From: Parasitella parasitica NRRL 2501
Lineage: Eukaryota > Fungi > Mucoromycota
Length of the DNA stretch: 64,000 bases
Assembly: GCA_025201805.1 (NCBI GenBank)
Contig: MU619275.1
Location: forward strand, 83,550 to 147,549
Reading direction: 5' to 3'
The position numbers were made by a program, and so were the translations under genes. Under the pieces are notes generated by a model. That model ran no database searches. It was not told the origin of the DNA and was given only the letters and a program-made list of their open reading frames with translations. This document shows positions 11,742 to 25,002 of this stretch, in pieces; the first letter of the stretch is position 1, and the number at the start of each line of letters is the position of its first letter.

Positions 11742-14700
11742 ATGTCTGGCAACACAGCAAGGCAACCAACAAACCACTGGCTGAGCAACATACTGCGTTC
11801 ACGCGCATCCTCAGTCTCTGTAGAATCATGTCTCAACTTGTCTGCCAAAGACCCTTCGCAACCATTGGATGCTCGACCTGTTTTACCGCTGCTCGAGCCA
11901 TCGCAGCCGCTAACATCCCGTTGCAAACACCTTGCCGTCTTTTCCGACATTTGCAAAAGCTACCGCTTCACCCATCTGGAGAACGTTTTCTTCACAGTCC
12001 AGGATATCCTAGATGCAAGCATGCCTCGTGAAGCACGTCATGGCGTATTCGAGTTCATGCTGGCATGTATAGAAGGTCAGTACACAGACTTGGGTATGGC
12101 CCGTGTGACCTTTTACGCTTCTCTGCGCAACTACATCTACTGGGAAGACTTTAGCGACATGTACAGAGTTCTTTTCAAACTATGCAAAGAGGGGAGAGAC
12201 ATTTCTGGCTTCGAAAAGAACGTCGCAAAGCTGCTGATTTACTGGATTGATACGGCTCTACAACAATCGAACACATCGAAAGCGGCTGTGCCTCATTTGA
12301 ACGATCTGTTGCATCTGCTTACTTCCATCGCCAAGTTCAACTTTGCTCTGTTTGAAGAGGATGAAGTGACGCAGATGATTTCGGCCACGCATAAAGCCTT
12401 CTTCGCGACACTCGATTTAGGCGACTTGGTAGCATGTCTTGATTTCGCTGATATTGTAGTGCGGTACAGATTTGTTCCGTTTGAAGCACTGCCGCTGTTT
12501 TTAGAGATGCTGTCTGCGTCTGTCATGCTACTGCCTGAGGAGCAACAGAACACCAAATCTTGGCCTATATTCTACAACTTGCTTCGATCACATTGCGCTC
12601 ATTCAGCTATTTTGACACTGTGCCGATTCTTGGATAAAGAGCCCAGCAAAGTGGATGCCGAGAACATCCTTATCAAGGGGGCCATTACACTGCTGAGCGA
12701 GACGGCATGGGGGAAGAGCGAAACAGGGTCAGAGGTGTACATGGTTCCTGACTCTGTGATATTGATGTACATGAAAAGAGCCGCCAACAGAGAGAACGAT
12801 GGCATCAACGGCACAATTCTGCAGTGCCTGACTGGATTGGTTAATTCGACAGAAATCACACCGAGTTTGATGGAATGGGAAGCACTTTGGGATATTGTCG
12901 ACGTTATCACTGCGCACATACTCAGGATTACGGACAACAACAGTAACAGCGACATCAAATTGTTCAGTGTTGCAGATTCAGCTGCATCCTCCATCATTAG
13001 TGTTCGTCACTTTGCTGAATTCAGTCATGTTATTGTTCAGCTGTACCAAGATAAGCGGTACAAGGGGCCCATCATTCGTTTCATGCAAGTGCTTTATCAG
13101 CTGCGTGCCTACTGTTGCGACAATACGGGATCCATCTTGCTGGATTACTACGTGACGGAGCACTCATTCTTGCCATCCACTGAAAATTGGCTGCAGCTTT
13201 TGCAGCAACTGACCAACACATTTTTCATCCACGCCAATCCAGCAACAACGACATCCGCGCTCCGAGTGACTATGCTGGACATTGTAGCAGACGTGTGTAC
13301 ATCTGTCAAAGACTTTTATTCGGAAGTCTTGTACGAAACCATCGTGATTCCCATGATGCAGAAATTGCCTTTAGAAACAGACACAAGCATCCGACAACAT
13401 GCTATCGATTTACTGGTGTCGTCTTTATCTGATTGCCAGAATGATACTATATTTGACAAATTGATGCCCATACTGAAGGACTGTGCGCAATGCCATTGTG
13501 TCAGTCCAGAGGATCAGCAGCAACAACAACATCATCATCACCACCAACACCACCACCTCAACCTCAACCACAACCATCATACTGCCAACAGCAAGCTCTC
13601 ATCTGTGCGCAGAGCTCATTCACCGCATTCACCACAAACTTACCGCCAATCTTCAACCTCTACAGTCACAGCCACAGCCACGGTGACATCGTCTTCATCG
13701 TCTTCAATTGCAACTATTACAGCTGCTTCGGTTGCACAAAAGCAGCCTTCAACAACTAGCAGCTCGTTCATTTCCAATACAACCATAGATGAATTCTTTA
13801 GCGGCGGATCATGTATGGGCGTCCCTGCCATGTGCGGTATTTCAGAGTTATTTGAGAACCTACTATTTGTTTCCAATGCTAAACTCTGCTCTAAAACATT
13901 CAATATTATAACCGAGATTGTGAACGACCATTCTGATTTATCCTGTCCCTATGGCGGCCCCAAGATTGTAGCACTGGATCTCTTGCTAAGGTTCAGATGC
14001 CCAACAAACCACCACGTATACCTTATCGAAGATAGTAAGTTGATTTTGGTCGATTCGCATGTATTCACGTCTAAATATACTCGTAGATGTCGAGGAAGAA
14101 AATAGCGTCATTGCTGCTATTCGTGTACAACAGCAGCGGAAGAGACAGGAAAGTGAAAAGAGGAAATCCAGCCAAACGTTCCTGCCAGCACCTATTGGTA
14201 GAAAATCACAGCAACAGCAGCAGCAGCAGCAGCAGCAGCAACCTCACAAAAAGGTGGTATTCTATCCAAGCCCTAACGTCTTTTCATACAATGAAAATCC
14301 TCAATCTGACACAGAAGCAGTATTGGATATCAATGAAATGCTTAAATCCTACGTTCGCGTGCTGTCGAATTCGCCAAACTGGGTGGTAGCTCTTTTTGTC
14401 CTTAAGCGTCTACCTCAGCAGCTCAGCAACAAGCATCTTTTCTGTGGGGCAGCACCCTATCTCAACAAACTGCGTCGGCGACTTGTGAAATGGACCAGCA
14501 CCCGCAAGTTTTTAGAACAAGTAACCAACCTACCGCCGCACATCAAGCGCAACGAGCTGAATGTGCACGCCTATAGTCTACTGACCATCCTAATATCCTA
14601 TCGTCGCATTTTCACCGAGCCCAAACAGGACCAGGATGAGATTGTCTATGCATTTTATGTGGGCATCATGCAGGTAACAAGCGCTACAAGGCTGTGCATC

Positions 14701-17082
14701 AACTCGCTAGCCGTCTGCTGTCATGAAATGCCGCTGTCTGTGGCCAAAATGCTGAACGAAATCCTGCAGCGCATGTCTCAGATCATTTCTGTCAGCAGCG
14801 TCTCTGTACACATCTTGGAGTTCTTGTCTGCGTTGGCTCGTCTACCCAACCTGTATGCTAATTTCACAGGCGATATGTACAAACCAGTTTTCGCAATAGC
14901 ATTGAACTACTTGCAGCATTCCCACTCTCAGCAGCAGCAGCAGCAGCAGGTTTCTCCTATCAGCACACCTTCTGCTTCACCTATGATTTCTGGCCAGGGA
15001 TCGGCCCAGAAGGAAGTGAGCCAAGGCGCTCTAAAGCAGTACGTCTTGATTATGGCTTATCTAGTCATTACCGTGTGGTTCACTGCCATCCCACTACGAG
15101 AAAGACGCAAACACGTACCTTTTATCATACAGCGTTTGCTAAGCGGTATCTCCAAGGGCAAATCTATCGATGAACAAACGTACACCTGCATAGATATGCT
15201 CTCAAGATTCACCTTTGCCAATATCAGTCTTGCGCCTCAAAAATCAATTGTTGCAAAGATACTGATGGGCGATGATGAAGCTGTGTCTGCAACTTCCGTC
15301 AAGCAGAGCCAACGCACATGGGTCTATGGTCATACACTCCTCACTCTGAAGACTGCCAAATCCCTAGGCTGGGTAGAGGTAACTATCCGCAGACCCTCAG
15401 GCACCGTGTCCATGATGTGCTATCTCGAAAACAAGCTCAGATCAGAGGATATTGATTATCGTACTCTGCCAGCTCTATTAATGATGCAATATCAGCCGGA
15501 TTTGATGGCATCCAAGATCCTTAAGGATCGCAAAGAAGAGGAAGAAACGGAGCAAGCATCTGTCAAAGCGGAAGTGCACGAGGACACTGAATATTTGCAC
15601 CAGGAAGAAGGGTTAGGTATCACATTTGATAATGACACTGGTAGGCAATTTCCTATGGGTACACCTACTCGCAGACTCTCGGACCAAGCGGTTGTGAACA
15701 CCACAGTAGCGACAAGATCTGAGGGATTGGTGATGACGCCCTCGGGTCCGTCAGAGCAGACTTCTACTTCTCCGCCGCCTCCAGCGACGGCAGTAGGGCC
15801 GGATGCTGTATCACCTGTGCCTCTGGCTCGCAGGCCCTCGTTATCTCAGAAGGGACTCATTGACCTTTTGAATAAGGACTCAGAGTCAACTATTGAGACC
15901 GTCAACATAAAGAGCCCGTCCATCGGCACAGAGCCTGCTTTTAGAGAAGAAAAGGAAGCAGCCGACAGAAGAGCTATTGATTCGGCAGTTCGTGAAGTAT
16001 TGTCGGACCCTAAACCCAGTGGTGAATCTATAGCTACCAATCCAGTAACACAGTTACGCAAGACGGAGCCCTCGATTGACCCCGGATTTCTGTACTTGCA
16101 GTTCAATAATTATCCAGATATCAGCCGAACTCTTGAGGTATCACCGCCTCTGCCAGATGACGAGGCGACGGCACGAACTCTGGCTACTTTTGATCGCATA
16201 CCTGTGGTTGACTTTCATAAAATTGGCGTTTTGTATGTGGGCAAAGGACAGACACACGAACTGGAGATTTTGGCAAACACATACGGCTCTCCTGATTATG
16301 TTCGTTTCCTGAACGCACTAGGCACGATTCAGCGCTTGAATGGACTGGCAGGCAACACGGGCGGCCTTGATCGTGAAATGGACATCGATGGTCGTTTCGC
16401 TTACTTTTGGAAAGACGATGTGACAGAAGCTGTATTCCATGCAGCAACATTGATGCCTACCGACCTGGAAAGAGATCCTCAGTGCAGCGCCAAAAAGCGG
16501 CATATTGGCAATGACTATGTCTCGATTGTATACAACGACTCTGGCATGGACTACGCATTCGACACTCTCCCCTCACAGTTCAACTTTATCAATATTGTGG
16601 TCTCGCCACACTCTATTTCGACAGAAGCTGTGTCGCCCACACATGCTTTGATCGGTGCAGAGAATTCGTTCTTCAAAGTGGAAATGCAGAGACGTCCTGA
16701 TATGCCAGACATTGGGCCTTTTAGTGAGCCCAAACTAGTCAGCAGCCAGTCTCTTCCTGGATTTGTCCGTCAATCTGCCATTCACGCTAATATTTTCGCC
16801 CAAGTCTTTTGGCAGAGTGCAAGTGCTGGTGGAAAACAAGAGTATGTGTCTCATTGGAGAGAAAGATTAAAGCAAATTCAGCGTGTCAAGGAGAGACTAG
16901 CAGGTAAAACAGCCGCCGCCGCTGCTGCTGCTGCTGCTACTAGTGCTACTAGTGCTACTTCCTCCAATACTCCTGTCACCGCATCATCATCAGCTACCCC
17001 CAATTTAGATCATAACACAGGTAAAACAAACAAAGACGGCTCCTCTTATGAAGCATTACTCGATTTCACAAAATACACATAA
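11742..17082 (+). CDS. TSC2: Tuberin, Rheb GTPase-activating protein
   Basis: Intron 14035-14086. N-terminal helical region, tuberin domain (SVHILEFLSALARLP, GWVEVTIRRPSG) and Rap-GAP domain with HKIGVLYV and the Asn-thumb motif KKRHIGNDYV. Confidence 0.95.
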
Positions 17083-17310
17083 TCAATCAACAAAATACAC
17101 TATTTACCCTTGCATATTCCTCAATCTAAAGAAAATATCTTTTAATAAATATTACAGTGATTAAAAAGCCAAAAATTGGCTTTTATACATGTATATATTT
17201 CACAATAATTAACTCGGTCTGATGATATGAACCAACAAACTACCATTTGAAAGCGACTTGTGCAAATCCTCTATATTTTTAAAAAGGTTGCACCCAGCCT
17301 CAAAAGTAGG

Positions 17311-17380
17311 NNNNNNNNNNNNNNNNNNNNNNNNNNNNNNNNNNNNNNNNNNNNNNNNNNNNNNNNNNNNNNNNNNNNNN
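17311..17380. other. Assembly gap (N run)
   Basis: Run of N. Confidence 1.
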
Positions 17381-18156
17381 AAAAAAAAAAAAAAAATACC
17401 CTATGATTTCCTTTATTGACATTATTTCTATGATTTCCGGTTTACAGTTGGCGTTTCGTCATAAAAGCATGTATGTATATGTAATATCAATGCAGAGTAT
17501 ACATACAACGACTATTAACTGTATGCTTTTCTATATTATAGGTATCATATTGCACTATAACATCATTGCTTGTGCTTGTAAAATGCCCTGTAAAGTCAAA
17601 CAAGTCTTCATCTGGAAGCATTACAGCACAGTAGGTTCTACCAAATATACTCTCTTGAGCTAATTTGACAAAGCATGTCAATCTAAGCAACGGATACTAG
17701 TTTACAGTTAAATTACTCGCGTGATTACTTGCCAAAAAATCCAGATAGAAAACCATGTGTCTACTATCGTTCAGAAAAGGAGATGTCTATGCTATATATC
17801 ACGTGTCGGTAAATAATAATCGACTACATACATACATACATACATAAAAAATGCAGTATAATCTAGATGTATTATTAAATCAGACACCCGAGCTTTTGCT
17901 GTGTTAATTACCACAACTCTGTGAATGGCTAAAGTAGCGAATTAAAAAGTTCATTGTCCCATTAAATGTTTGTCATAAGCTCTGTGGCCAGTGTCGAAAT
18001 CTCATTCAATTATACGTCAACTTGATCATATGTTTGGGATGATGACCTTTGCTTCGCTACAGTGATAATTACTGCTACATGTCAATATATGCTCTTTGTT
18101 TGAAATCTTATATAAAAGATGCATTTACTGCCTCTCTGATACATCTCTCACACAAT

Positions 18157-19743
18157 ATGGGTCCGATTCCGCCAGAGATTTTTGCACATTTTACTTCCTA
18201 CCTGACATTTTGCGAGAAGCGACAGGCTTTACTCGTTTGTCGCGAATGGCACGAAGTGATCAAGAGCACGAATCTTTATGCTGATTTCACCCTCTATGGC
18301 AATGAAAAGTTCCAAGCCGGTGAAGAGTTTCTCAAACAAAATGAGACCTATGCTAAACAAGTCAAGAGTTTACGTTTGGTGTGCCCAAAGATTGGACCTT
18401 CTCATATTCTCACTATACCAGAACATTTCCCTAATTTGCAAAACTTTGAGTGGGTTCAGACTGGTTTAAACAACGAAAGTTTCTTCACTAATGATGAAGA
18501 CGGCAAGTACTGGAAGAACATCACCAATTTTCTCGAACTCAACAGCGTCTGCTTGGCTATAGAGATATTAGAAAACAACGGATTTTGCAATCTGAAGAAA
18601 CTGCACGTCAACTTTTGCTCAGTCTATTCTAATTGCCAATTGCTGATTTCACAACTTTCAAAAGCTCCCGCACTGAAGGAACTTACCATCGAATCTACAA
18701 TGTTGTCGCTATTTGATCTCGAGAACCTGCACTCTAATGCAACAAAGCTAGAAACTCTGCACCTATCTTTGATCACTCCAAAACAGCTGGAAAATGACGA
18801 GATAATGCCTGCTAGCAAGGTCAAGGCTGATAAACTGACAAGTTGGGAATTTTTCGAACTGAGCGTTCCAGAGGACGTTGAACTGTGGAGCTCTTGGATG
18901 GGATACATTGCTTCAACTTACAAAAACTTGAAGCATCTGACGATCGAAAGTGAGAGTGTCCTTGACCCCGTTGAAGCCTATGAAACCAAACTAATGGAAA
19001 TTGCTGCTGCTTGCCCTCTTCTTGAATCTTACCATGTCAACATATCACCCATCAAATCAGCACTTTTGGATGCAATGGATTCAGCTGGAATTCATTTGAA
19101 AAAAATAGAGTTAAAAGGCCTGATTAATTATCAAGTCTCAAATGTGATGTTGTCCCATCAACTAAGATCATTGGAGACATTGGTGCTCAATGCGAACTCA
19201 AGAGATGCTTACGAGTTTTTGGAAGTAACACCAGGAATCAAACATCTTGAACTTACAGGCGATTGCAATTCAGGCCTTGCAATCAACGAGCTTTTGGAGA
19301 ATTCGCACCATCTGGAAACCATCAAGGTCTCGAATTGGACAATTCAGCTTGGATCAGATATTTTGGAAGACAATTTCCAAAGAGGACTGAAAAGCTTAAT
19401 CTTGGAAAACGTCAAGATCAGTTACGCAAATGGAGATGTAATGTCGTTCGTATCAGCAGCATGCCCTGAACTGTCCACATTAGCAATTCAAGGCGTAGTT
19501 GTTGGTAGTGAAACCTTGAATCTTACGTTTCCCAATCACCACTTTGCTAGTATCCAATTGGATATCGAAGAACATCATGTTTACAAGATAATCAAGCAGG
19601 GTCGACTTCGAAGCTACAAAATTGAAGCCTATTGTTTGTACGAAGTATTTGCTCCTATTTCAGAGGACCAACCTCATGTTCTTATTGTAATTGAAGGCTG
19701 TGGCAGGTTGAAGATTGGAGATGGTTACATCTGCCACTGGTGA
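18157..19743 (+). CDS. F-box / leucine-rich repeat protein
   Basis: N-terminal F-box-like IPPEIFAHFTSYL...ALLVCREW followed by LxxLxL repeats (PNLQNFE, LKELTI, LKHLTI). Intronless. Confidence 0.85.
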   Translation: MGPIPPEIFAHFTSYLTFCEKRQALLVCREWHEVIKSTNLYADFTLYGNEKFQAGEEFLKQNETYAKQVKSLRLVCPKIGPSHILTIPEHFPNLQNFEWVQTGLNNESFFTNDEDGKYWKNITNFLELNSVCLAIEILENNGFCNLKKLHVNFCSVYSNCQLLISQLSKAPALKELTIESTMLSLFDLENLHSNATKLETLHLSLITPKQLENDEIMPASKVKADKLTSWEFFELSVPEDVELWSSWMGYIASTYKNLKHLTIESESVLDPVEAYETKLMEIAAACPLLESYHVNISPIKSALLDAMDSAGIHLKKIELKGLINYQVSNVMLSHQLRSLETLVLNANSRDAYEFLEVTPGIKHLELTGDCNSGLAINELLENSHHLETIKVSNWTIQLGSDILEDNFQRGLKSLILENVKISYANGDVMSFVSAACPELSTLAIQGVVVGSETLNLTFPNHHFASIQLDIEEHHVYKIIKQGRLRSYKIEAYCLYEVFAPISEDQPHVLIVIEGCGRLKIGDGYICHW

Positions 19744-21376
19744 TATCGATACAAGTATGAACACTATGCTCTCCTTTTAATGTATCCCTTGCCATTCATT
19801 ATGTATTGTCCCGTCTACTCTCATTTCTATGTATCTCCAAACATTCTTTAGTATTTTCCCCCCCCCATCTACTTTCGTTTTTTATGAATCACACACTGTT
19901 ATATTTATGCCTTATATGCCGCTGTTTCTCAAATAAATTTTTTGGGTCATTTTATGCTTATATCTTCTTCAGTCAGAATATTCTTAGTAGCATCAATGGT
20001 GTAATGCATCCAGTTCATTGTTGTCAAACTCTTTATCTACATAAAGATGGAAAAAAAATCTTATTGGCCAATGGCATTTGCACAGATATAACGCAAACTC
20101 AAGTTAACATAACTGAACTCATCGTCGTAAAGTGATAGATGTCCTTGATACCCAAATTTTAGGCGAGAGCCATGACATTGATAATCTCGCACCAAACGTT
20201 GCACACTATTCTCCAAATTTTAGGCGAGTCAACTTGGGATAAAGGACTGATAGGTCCAAGTGATACCATAAATAGACAATTAAAAAAAAAGTGAAAAGAA
20301 ATACGGCTCGATAAAGGATACGAAGGACCTTCTACCATTGCTGTATTCTGCAGGCATAATACGAGCTGCTGCCATTCAGGTTCTCAAATCAAGGCCGAAT
20401 GAATGATAATGAGGCCTTCAATTTACTTGCCGGTCGAAATGGATACTATTAACGTCAGCTACATGGTACAAGCTGAAAAGATGAAAACGTATTCTCTGGA
20501 TAAGTCCCCCATTTCAGAAAATCAGCTCCTGCTATCATTGCGAATATATAGCAAATGACTTTATAATAATTAAGAAAAAAGCGTGCCGCCAACAGGTATT
20601 CAAACATTCATTGTACATTTTGATAAATGGTAAACTCAAAGGAGCCCTTTCTTTTTCTTTTCTCTGCCATTGCACTTGAAACTTTAACGATAACAGACGC
20701 TAAGAGAGCGATTTATGATTACCAGGTGCACTTATCGCAAACAAGATATAATTATCCATGTCATCAACTGTTCTATCGACTAGCGTTTTAATAATGAAGC
20801 CGTTCCCAAGCTTGCATTCCGTCGGGTATAAAGTAGCACAATGAAGACAGTTTAGGCAATTGTACGAAAAACGTTTGATGGAGTTTATATCAACAACATT
20901 GCCTTATCCTGTTGAATAATGCTCATCCATTTAAACAATAAGCAATCCAATTCTATCTTGAAATAAAGCGGCAATTAGCACAATGGTCTCTTTTAGTTTC
21001 TCCTGTCCAGCCTGCAAGCTTAATTAACATGTGGAAAATAAAGAGTACACTATATATCATATGATCACCAATATACATGTCTCTTTTTGCATGTCATCTG
21101 ACCGAACAATCTTGTGTTCTACTGTGTCCTCTGTAGTTCTGGGAATGATCTGCTATAAAAAAAAATGCAGTCTAAATTAAAGATGGAGCTGTTAATCTGG
21201 AGTGTGGGCCTCTGTTTGTTATAGTTCCCAAATTCAATTTGTGAATAACAAACTCTTTTTCTTCTTGTTTACTTTTTTTTTTTAAATTTTTCTTTTTTCC
21301 AAATCTTGTTACTTTCTCGAATCCAATTCACCACCCATCTGCTTGCAAAAGAAAAAAAAGAAAAAAAGAAAAAGAG

Positions 21377-21778
21377 AGTAAGTTCCACATGCAATGTCTA
21401 ATTGTCTTTGGTCTCAAACCTACTTCTTTTGTAGTGGCATTTCCCTATCAGCATCAACAGTATCCTTATAATATGAGTTATGGAGGTTACGGCAACATGT
21501 ATCCATCAATGTATGGCCAGCAAATGATCTCGAATTACCCGGCCAATGCTTACTATGCCAACCCTATGAATCCGTATGCCGCAACTGGAATGGGTTACTA
21601 CCCGAATTATAGCGCCTACGGCAATGCTTATAGTGGTTACGGTTCTTACTATCCTTCATATCAATATAAACCAAGCACATTTCGAGCCATCTACAATAGA
21701 ATCCGCCATGGATCAAGTTACCCCAATTACTATGACTATGGAAGGCACCATCGAGGAAGTTGGATCGATTATTCGTAA
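21377..21778 (+). CDS. Small Tyr/Gly/Ser/Asn-rich low-complexity protein (about 114 aa)
   Basis: A|TG start is created by intron 21378-21434 (GTAAGT...CTAAT...TTTTGTAG). The ORF is about 24% Tyr and is flanked by AT-rich UTR-like DNA. Confidence 0.7.
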   Translation, partial: SKFHMQCLIVFGLKPTSFVVAFPYQHQQYPYNMSYGGYGNMYPSMYGQQMISNYPANAYYANPMNPYAATGMGYYPNYSAYGNAYSGYGSYYPSYQYKPSTFRAIYNRIRHGSSYPNYYDYGRHHRGSWIDYS

Positions 21779-22210
21779 TACTCTAGCTCTCCAAAGAAAA
21801 TTATAATATTTATACCTGATTTCTTTTTTATGCTGTTTTTGATGCCGCATACATATATTAAAATATAAAGTGCTATAAACTCTGAAATTATCTCCCTTCT
21901 ATCTCGTTCTCGGTACTCATTATTCATGACCGAGATATACATGATGCGCATTGTTACAATCACAAAGTGGCAAATGAATGTATTTCTTGTCAAATATCCA
22001 GGTTTTTGTGGTTCATAAATGATTATTGTTGCTGGAGGTGAAAAAAAAAAAAGATAATGGTCATAAGGTGTAATTAGGATGGGAAGTACAATTAAATCGA
22101 AATGAATGTGATAAATGAAAGGGTAAATAATCTCTATAAATTATGCTATAAAAGAAATTATACAAAAACGAGGGAATGGAGCAAGAAAAAAAAAAGAGAG
22201 GGGGGTATTA

Positions 22211-23858
22211 TCAATTCCACAAGACGAACAGCAATGTGGATATGACGCCTATCAAGACAGCAAACATTATTTGAATACTTTTGAGCTGAAATGCATCCCA
22301 GAAGCCAAAAGTCGAAGGGTCTTTTGGCTGTTGTCTTGACAGTGTTTCTAGACGGGTTTCGAGCTCCTTTACTCTCTGTCTCTCATCTGAAAGCTCTTGC
22401 TTTATTTTATCTCGTTCTGATCTGCAAACATTGCTGATGCTTAGTTCTTTTTCCAATCGATGTAGTTCGTTTTTCGCTGCTTGGATGGCTTGGTTCTGGT
22501 GCTTCCACTTACTATCGTAAGATTTAATAGTTGTTTCGGCTTGATTTAATCGTGATTGAAGTTCATCCTATGATTTATGACTTTTCAGTAATTTGTTTTC
22601 ATCACTGCGCCAAAATGACCCTACGGCTTTTCTTAGTCTATCTTCACTAAACACTTTGTCTAAATCAGTTATTGTGCCTTTGATCGTCCTCAACTCGTTT
22701 TCAACGTATCTTGATTTCTCTATTTCAGACTTGAAGATGTTGGTTTCAACGCATTAGACTTTTTTCAGCTGATTTTAAGATTATTGTCTCCTTCAAAATT
22801 ATACCTGTAACTTGGTCAATACAGCTTCTAATTTCTTTGATCTCTTCCCTGAAGCTGCTGCTGCTGCTGCTACTACTACTACTCCTTCTGATCCTCTACC
22901 TGCTCCTGCTGCTGTTCCCCCTGTGGACGTTGTGGCTATTGTTGAGCAAGACCCTGTTGTCATGTCTGATTTAATCGATGAGAGTGTGCTGACAGAGGAT
23001 GTGGATGACTTTCGGACTAATGACTAAATTAACGGAAGTCAATGACAAGCAAGACGTACGGGATATCAAGGTATTTTACGTGGGGGTCTGGATATACTTG
23101 AACGTGATCATTGCTGGATGGTTCCTTTATAATACCGTCGTCCGCCTGGGATAATGGTATATGTACCGAACAGGATACCTTATGATACATGACTACACAA
23201 ATCCATTTAGCTTACTGCCTATATGTTTTGCTTGCTGCTCGCTTACTTGCTCCGTTATCGTCTAAAATATCAATCCCGAATTCTATTTCATCAAGGTCGT
23301 GTAATTCTCTTGGCTCGCTTTCTTCGCCTTCGTTGGATAGTCTTTCCTTGTTGACAAAAGTGCCGTTGCTTGATTTGATGTCCTTTACATAAACCTACAA
23401 AACCACATTCGCTTCGTTTGCAATCATGAGAAACCCTAGCATAATGGCTCTTACTTTGGCTTTGTCACACCAGATTTCAGCGTGCTGTCTGGACAGAACT
23501 TTCGAGTCAAAGTATCCATTGAAAGCCGTCGGTGCGGTTTTTGATGAAGTTTGTCGGCCAATACGCATCTTGGCCTTGTCTTTAAACTCTAGTGTCCTTG
23601 TTTGAAATGAAGCGTTGTGTGGCTTCAAAATGATCGTGAAAATAGGTGCTCTCTTTTGTATCGTAGACATGTTATTATAAGGACCTGTGTAAATGATTGG
23701 CAAAAAAGGGTTCCTGAAAATATAAGAAAAACAAAACAGAGAAAAGAAAAAAAAAAAAAGAAAAAAACTCAATAAAGGAGATGTTATCTAATACCTTTGG
23801 ATTTGGATAATTTAACGGTTTCGTCATAAATCGGCATAAATTCTGAAGACTCGGTCAT
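22211..23858 (-). CDS. FHA-domain, coiled-coil, tail-anchored protein (Far9/Far10/Vps64/SLMAP-like STRIPAK component)
   Basis: FHA motifs IGRQ, FDSKVLSRQHAEIW, VKDIKSSNGTFVN, EFGIDI. Coiled coil and a C-terminal TM (IMFAVLIGVISTLLFVLWN). First intron 23685-23794. Confidence 0.88.
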
Positions 23859-24070
23859 CGCTGTAAGAATAGAATTAATGAGTGAATAGGTTGATAATCC
23901 AGAAAAACAAAAAAAAAAGGATAACAAAAAGGCAAATGAAAATTCAACTGACGTCGCTTTTTCCATAAGAACGTTATGTACACCACCAAAACACCACTTG
24001 TGTCCGCATGCTGACTCAGTTTTTAATGTTTAAGGAAACACCATATTTCTTTGTTATACCGTACAACGCC

Positions 24071-25002
24071 ATGTCGGCAGCAGCTCCTCATTTAACTGCA
24101 TCAAACGGTTTTCAAGCCCAAGCAGATGCTTACGGTAATATAATACATGTACTATACTCAGCATAGCCATAATTAACTTTTTATCGATGATTAGCCAAAG
24201 CACGCCCCAGCTACCCAGACGAAGCAATCGCATTTATTTCAAAATTAATGGCAGGTCATCAAAACACTCCCAATGTCTTGGATTTGGGTGCAGGCACAGG
24301 CATAATGACAAAACTCTTGGTTGAAAAATGCGGGTTTGAGGTCACTGCTGTAGAGCCTGTCGATAATATGCGCCTTCAATTAGAGTCTACGGTACCAAAG
24401 GCCAAATCCGCCAAAGGCACTGCTTGGTCTATTCCCGTAGAGGACGAATCGCAAGATATGGTCATGCTAGCCCAATGTTTTCATTGGTTTGATGATATCG
24501 AGAGTCTAAAGGAAATCCATCGAGTTTTGAGGCCTGGTGGCCTTGTTGTTTTGATTTGGAACATGGAGAGTAGAGAACGATCCGCATGGGTTGCTAAACT
24601 TAGAGAGTATGTTGGCTTGCTCTTTTTTTCTTTGTTTCATTGATCAGACTTATAGCGCTCAATTGATGCAGTTTGTATGAAGTTTATGATGCAAGTGCCC
24701 CGCAATACAGAATGGGCTACTGGAAAAATGTATTTCTCACCAGGGCAGCTCAAGAGCTTTACGCCTTGCCATTGCAACATAGAAGATTTACGTTTGACGT
24801 ACCTGCTAAGCGTGACCATATTTGGCCTCGCATTATGAGTAAAAGTTATATTGCTATCTTGGACCAAGATAGCCGTGAAAAGCTGCATCAGGATGTAAAA
24901 ACCGTATTAGAAGACCCGCAGCACAGCCTTCCTGAAAATGGGTCTGATCAAGAGTTTATTTATTGCCACGATACCGACATGTATTGGACGTATAAGAAAT
25001 AG
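24071..25002 (+). CDS. Class I SAM-dependent methyltransferase (Methyltransf_11-like)
   Basis: AYAKARPSYP, motif I VLDLGAGTG, VTAVEP, AQCFHWFD, EIHRVLRPGG. Two introns. Confidence 0.9.

Noticed and set aside
20152-20228. Repeat-spacer-repeat read as a mini CRISPR array
   Set aside because: Only two 16-bp copies, eukaryotic context and no cas genes.
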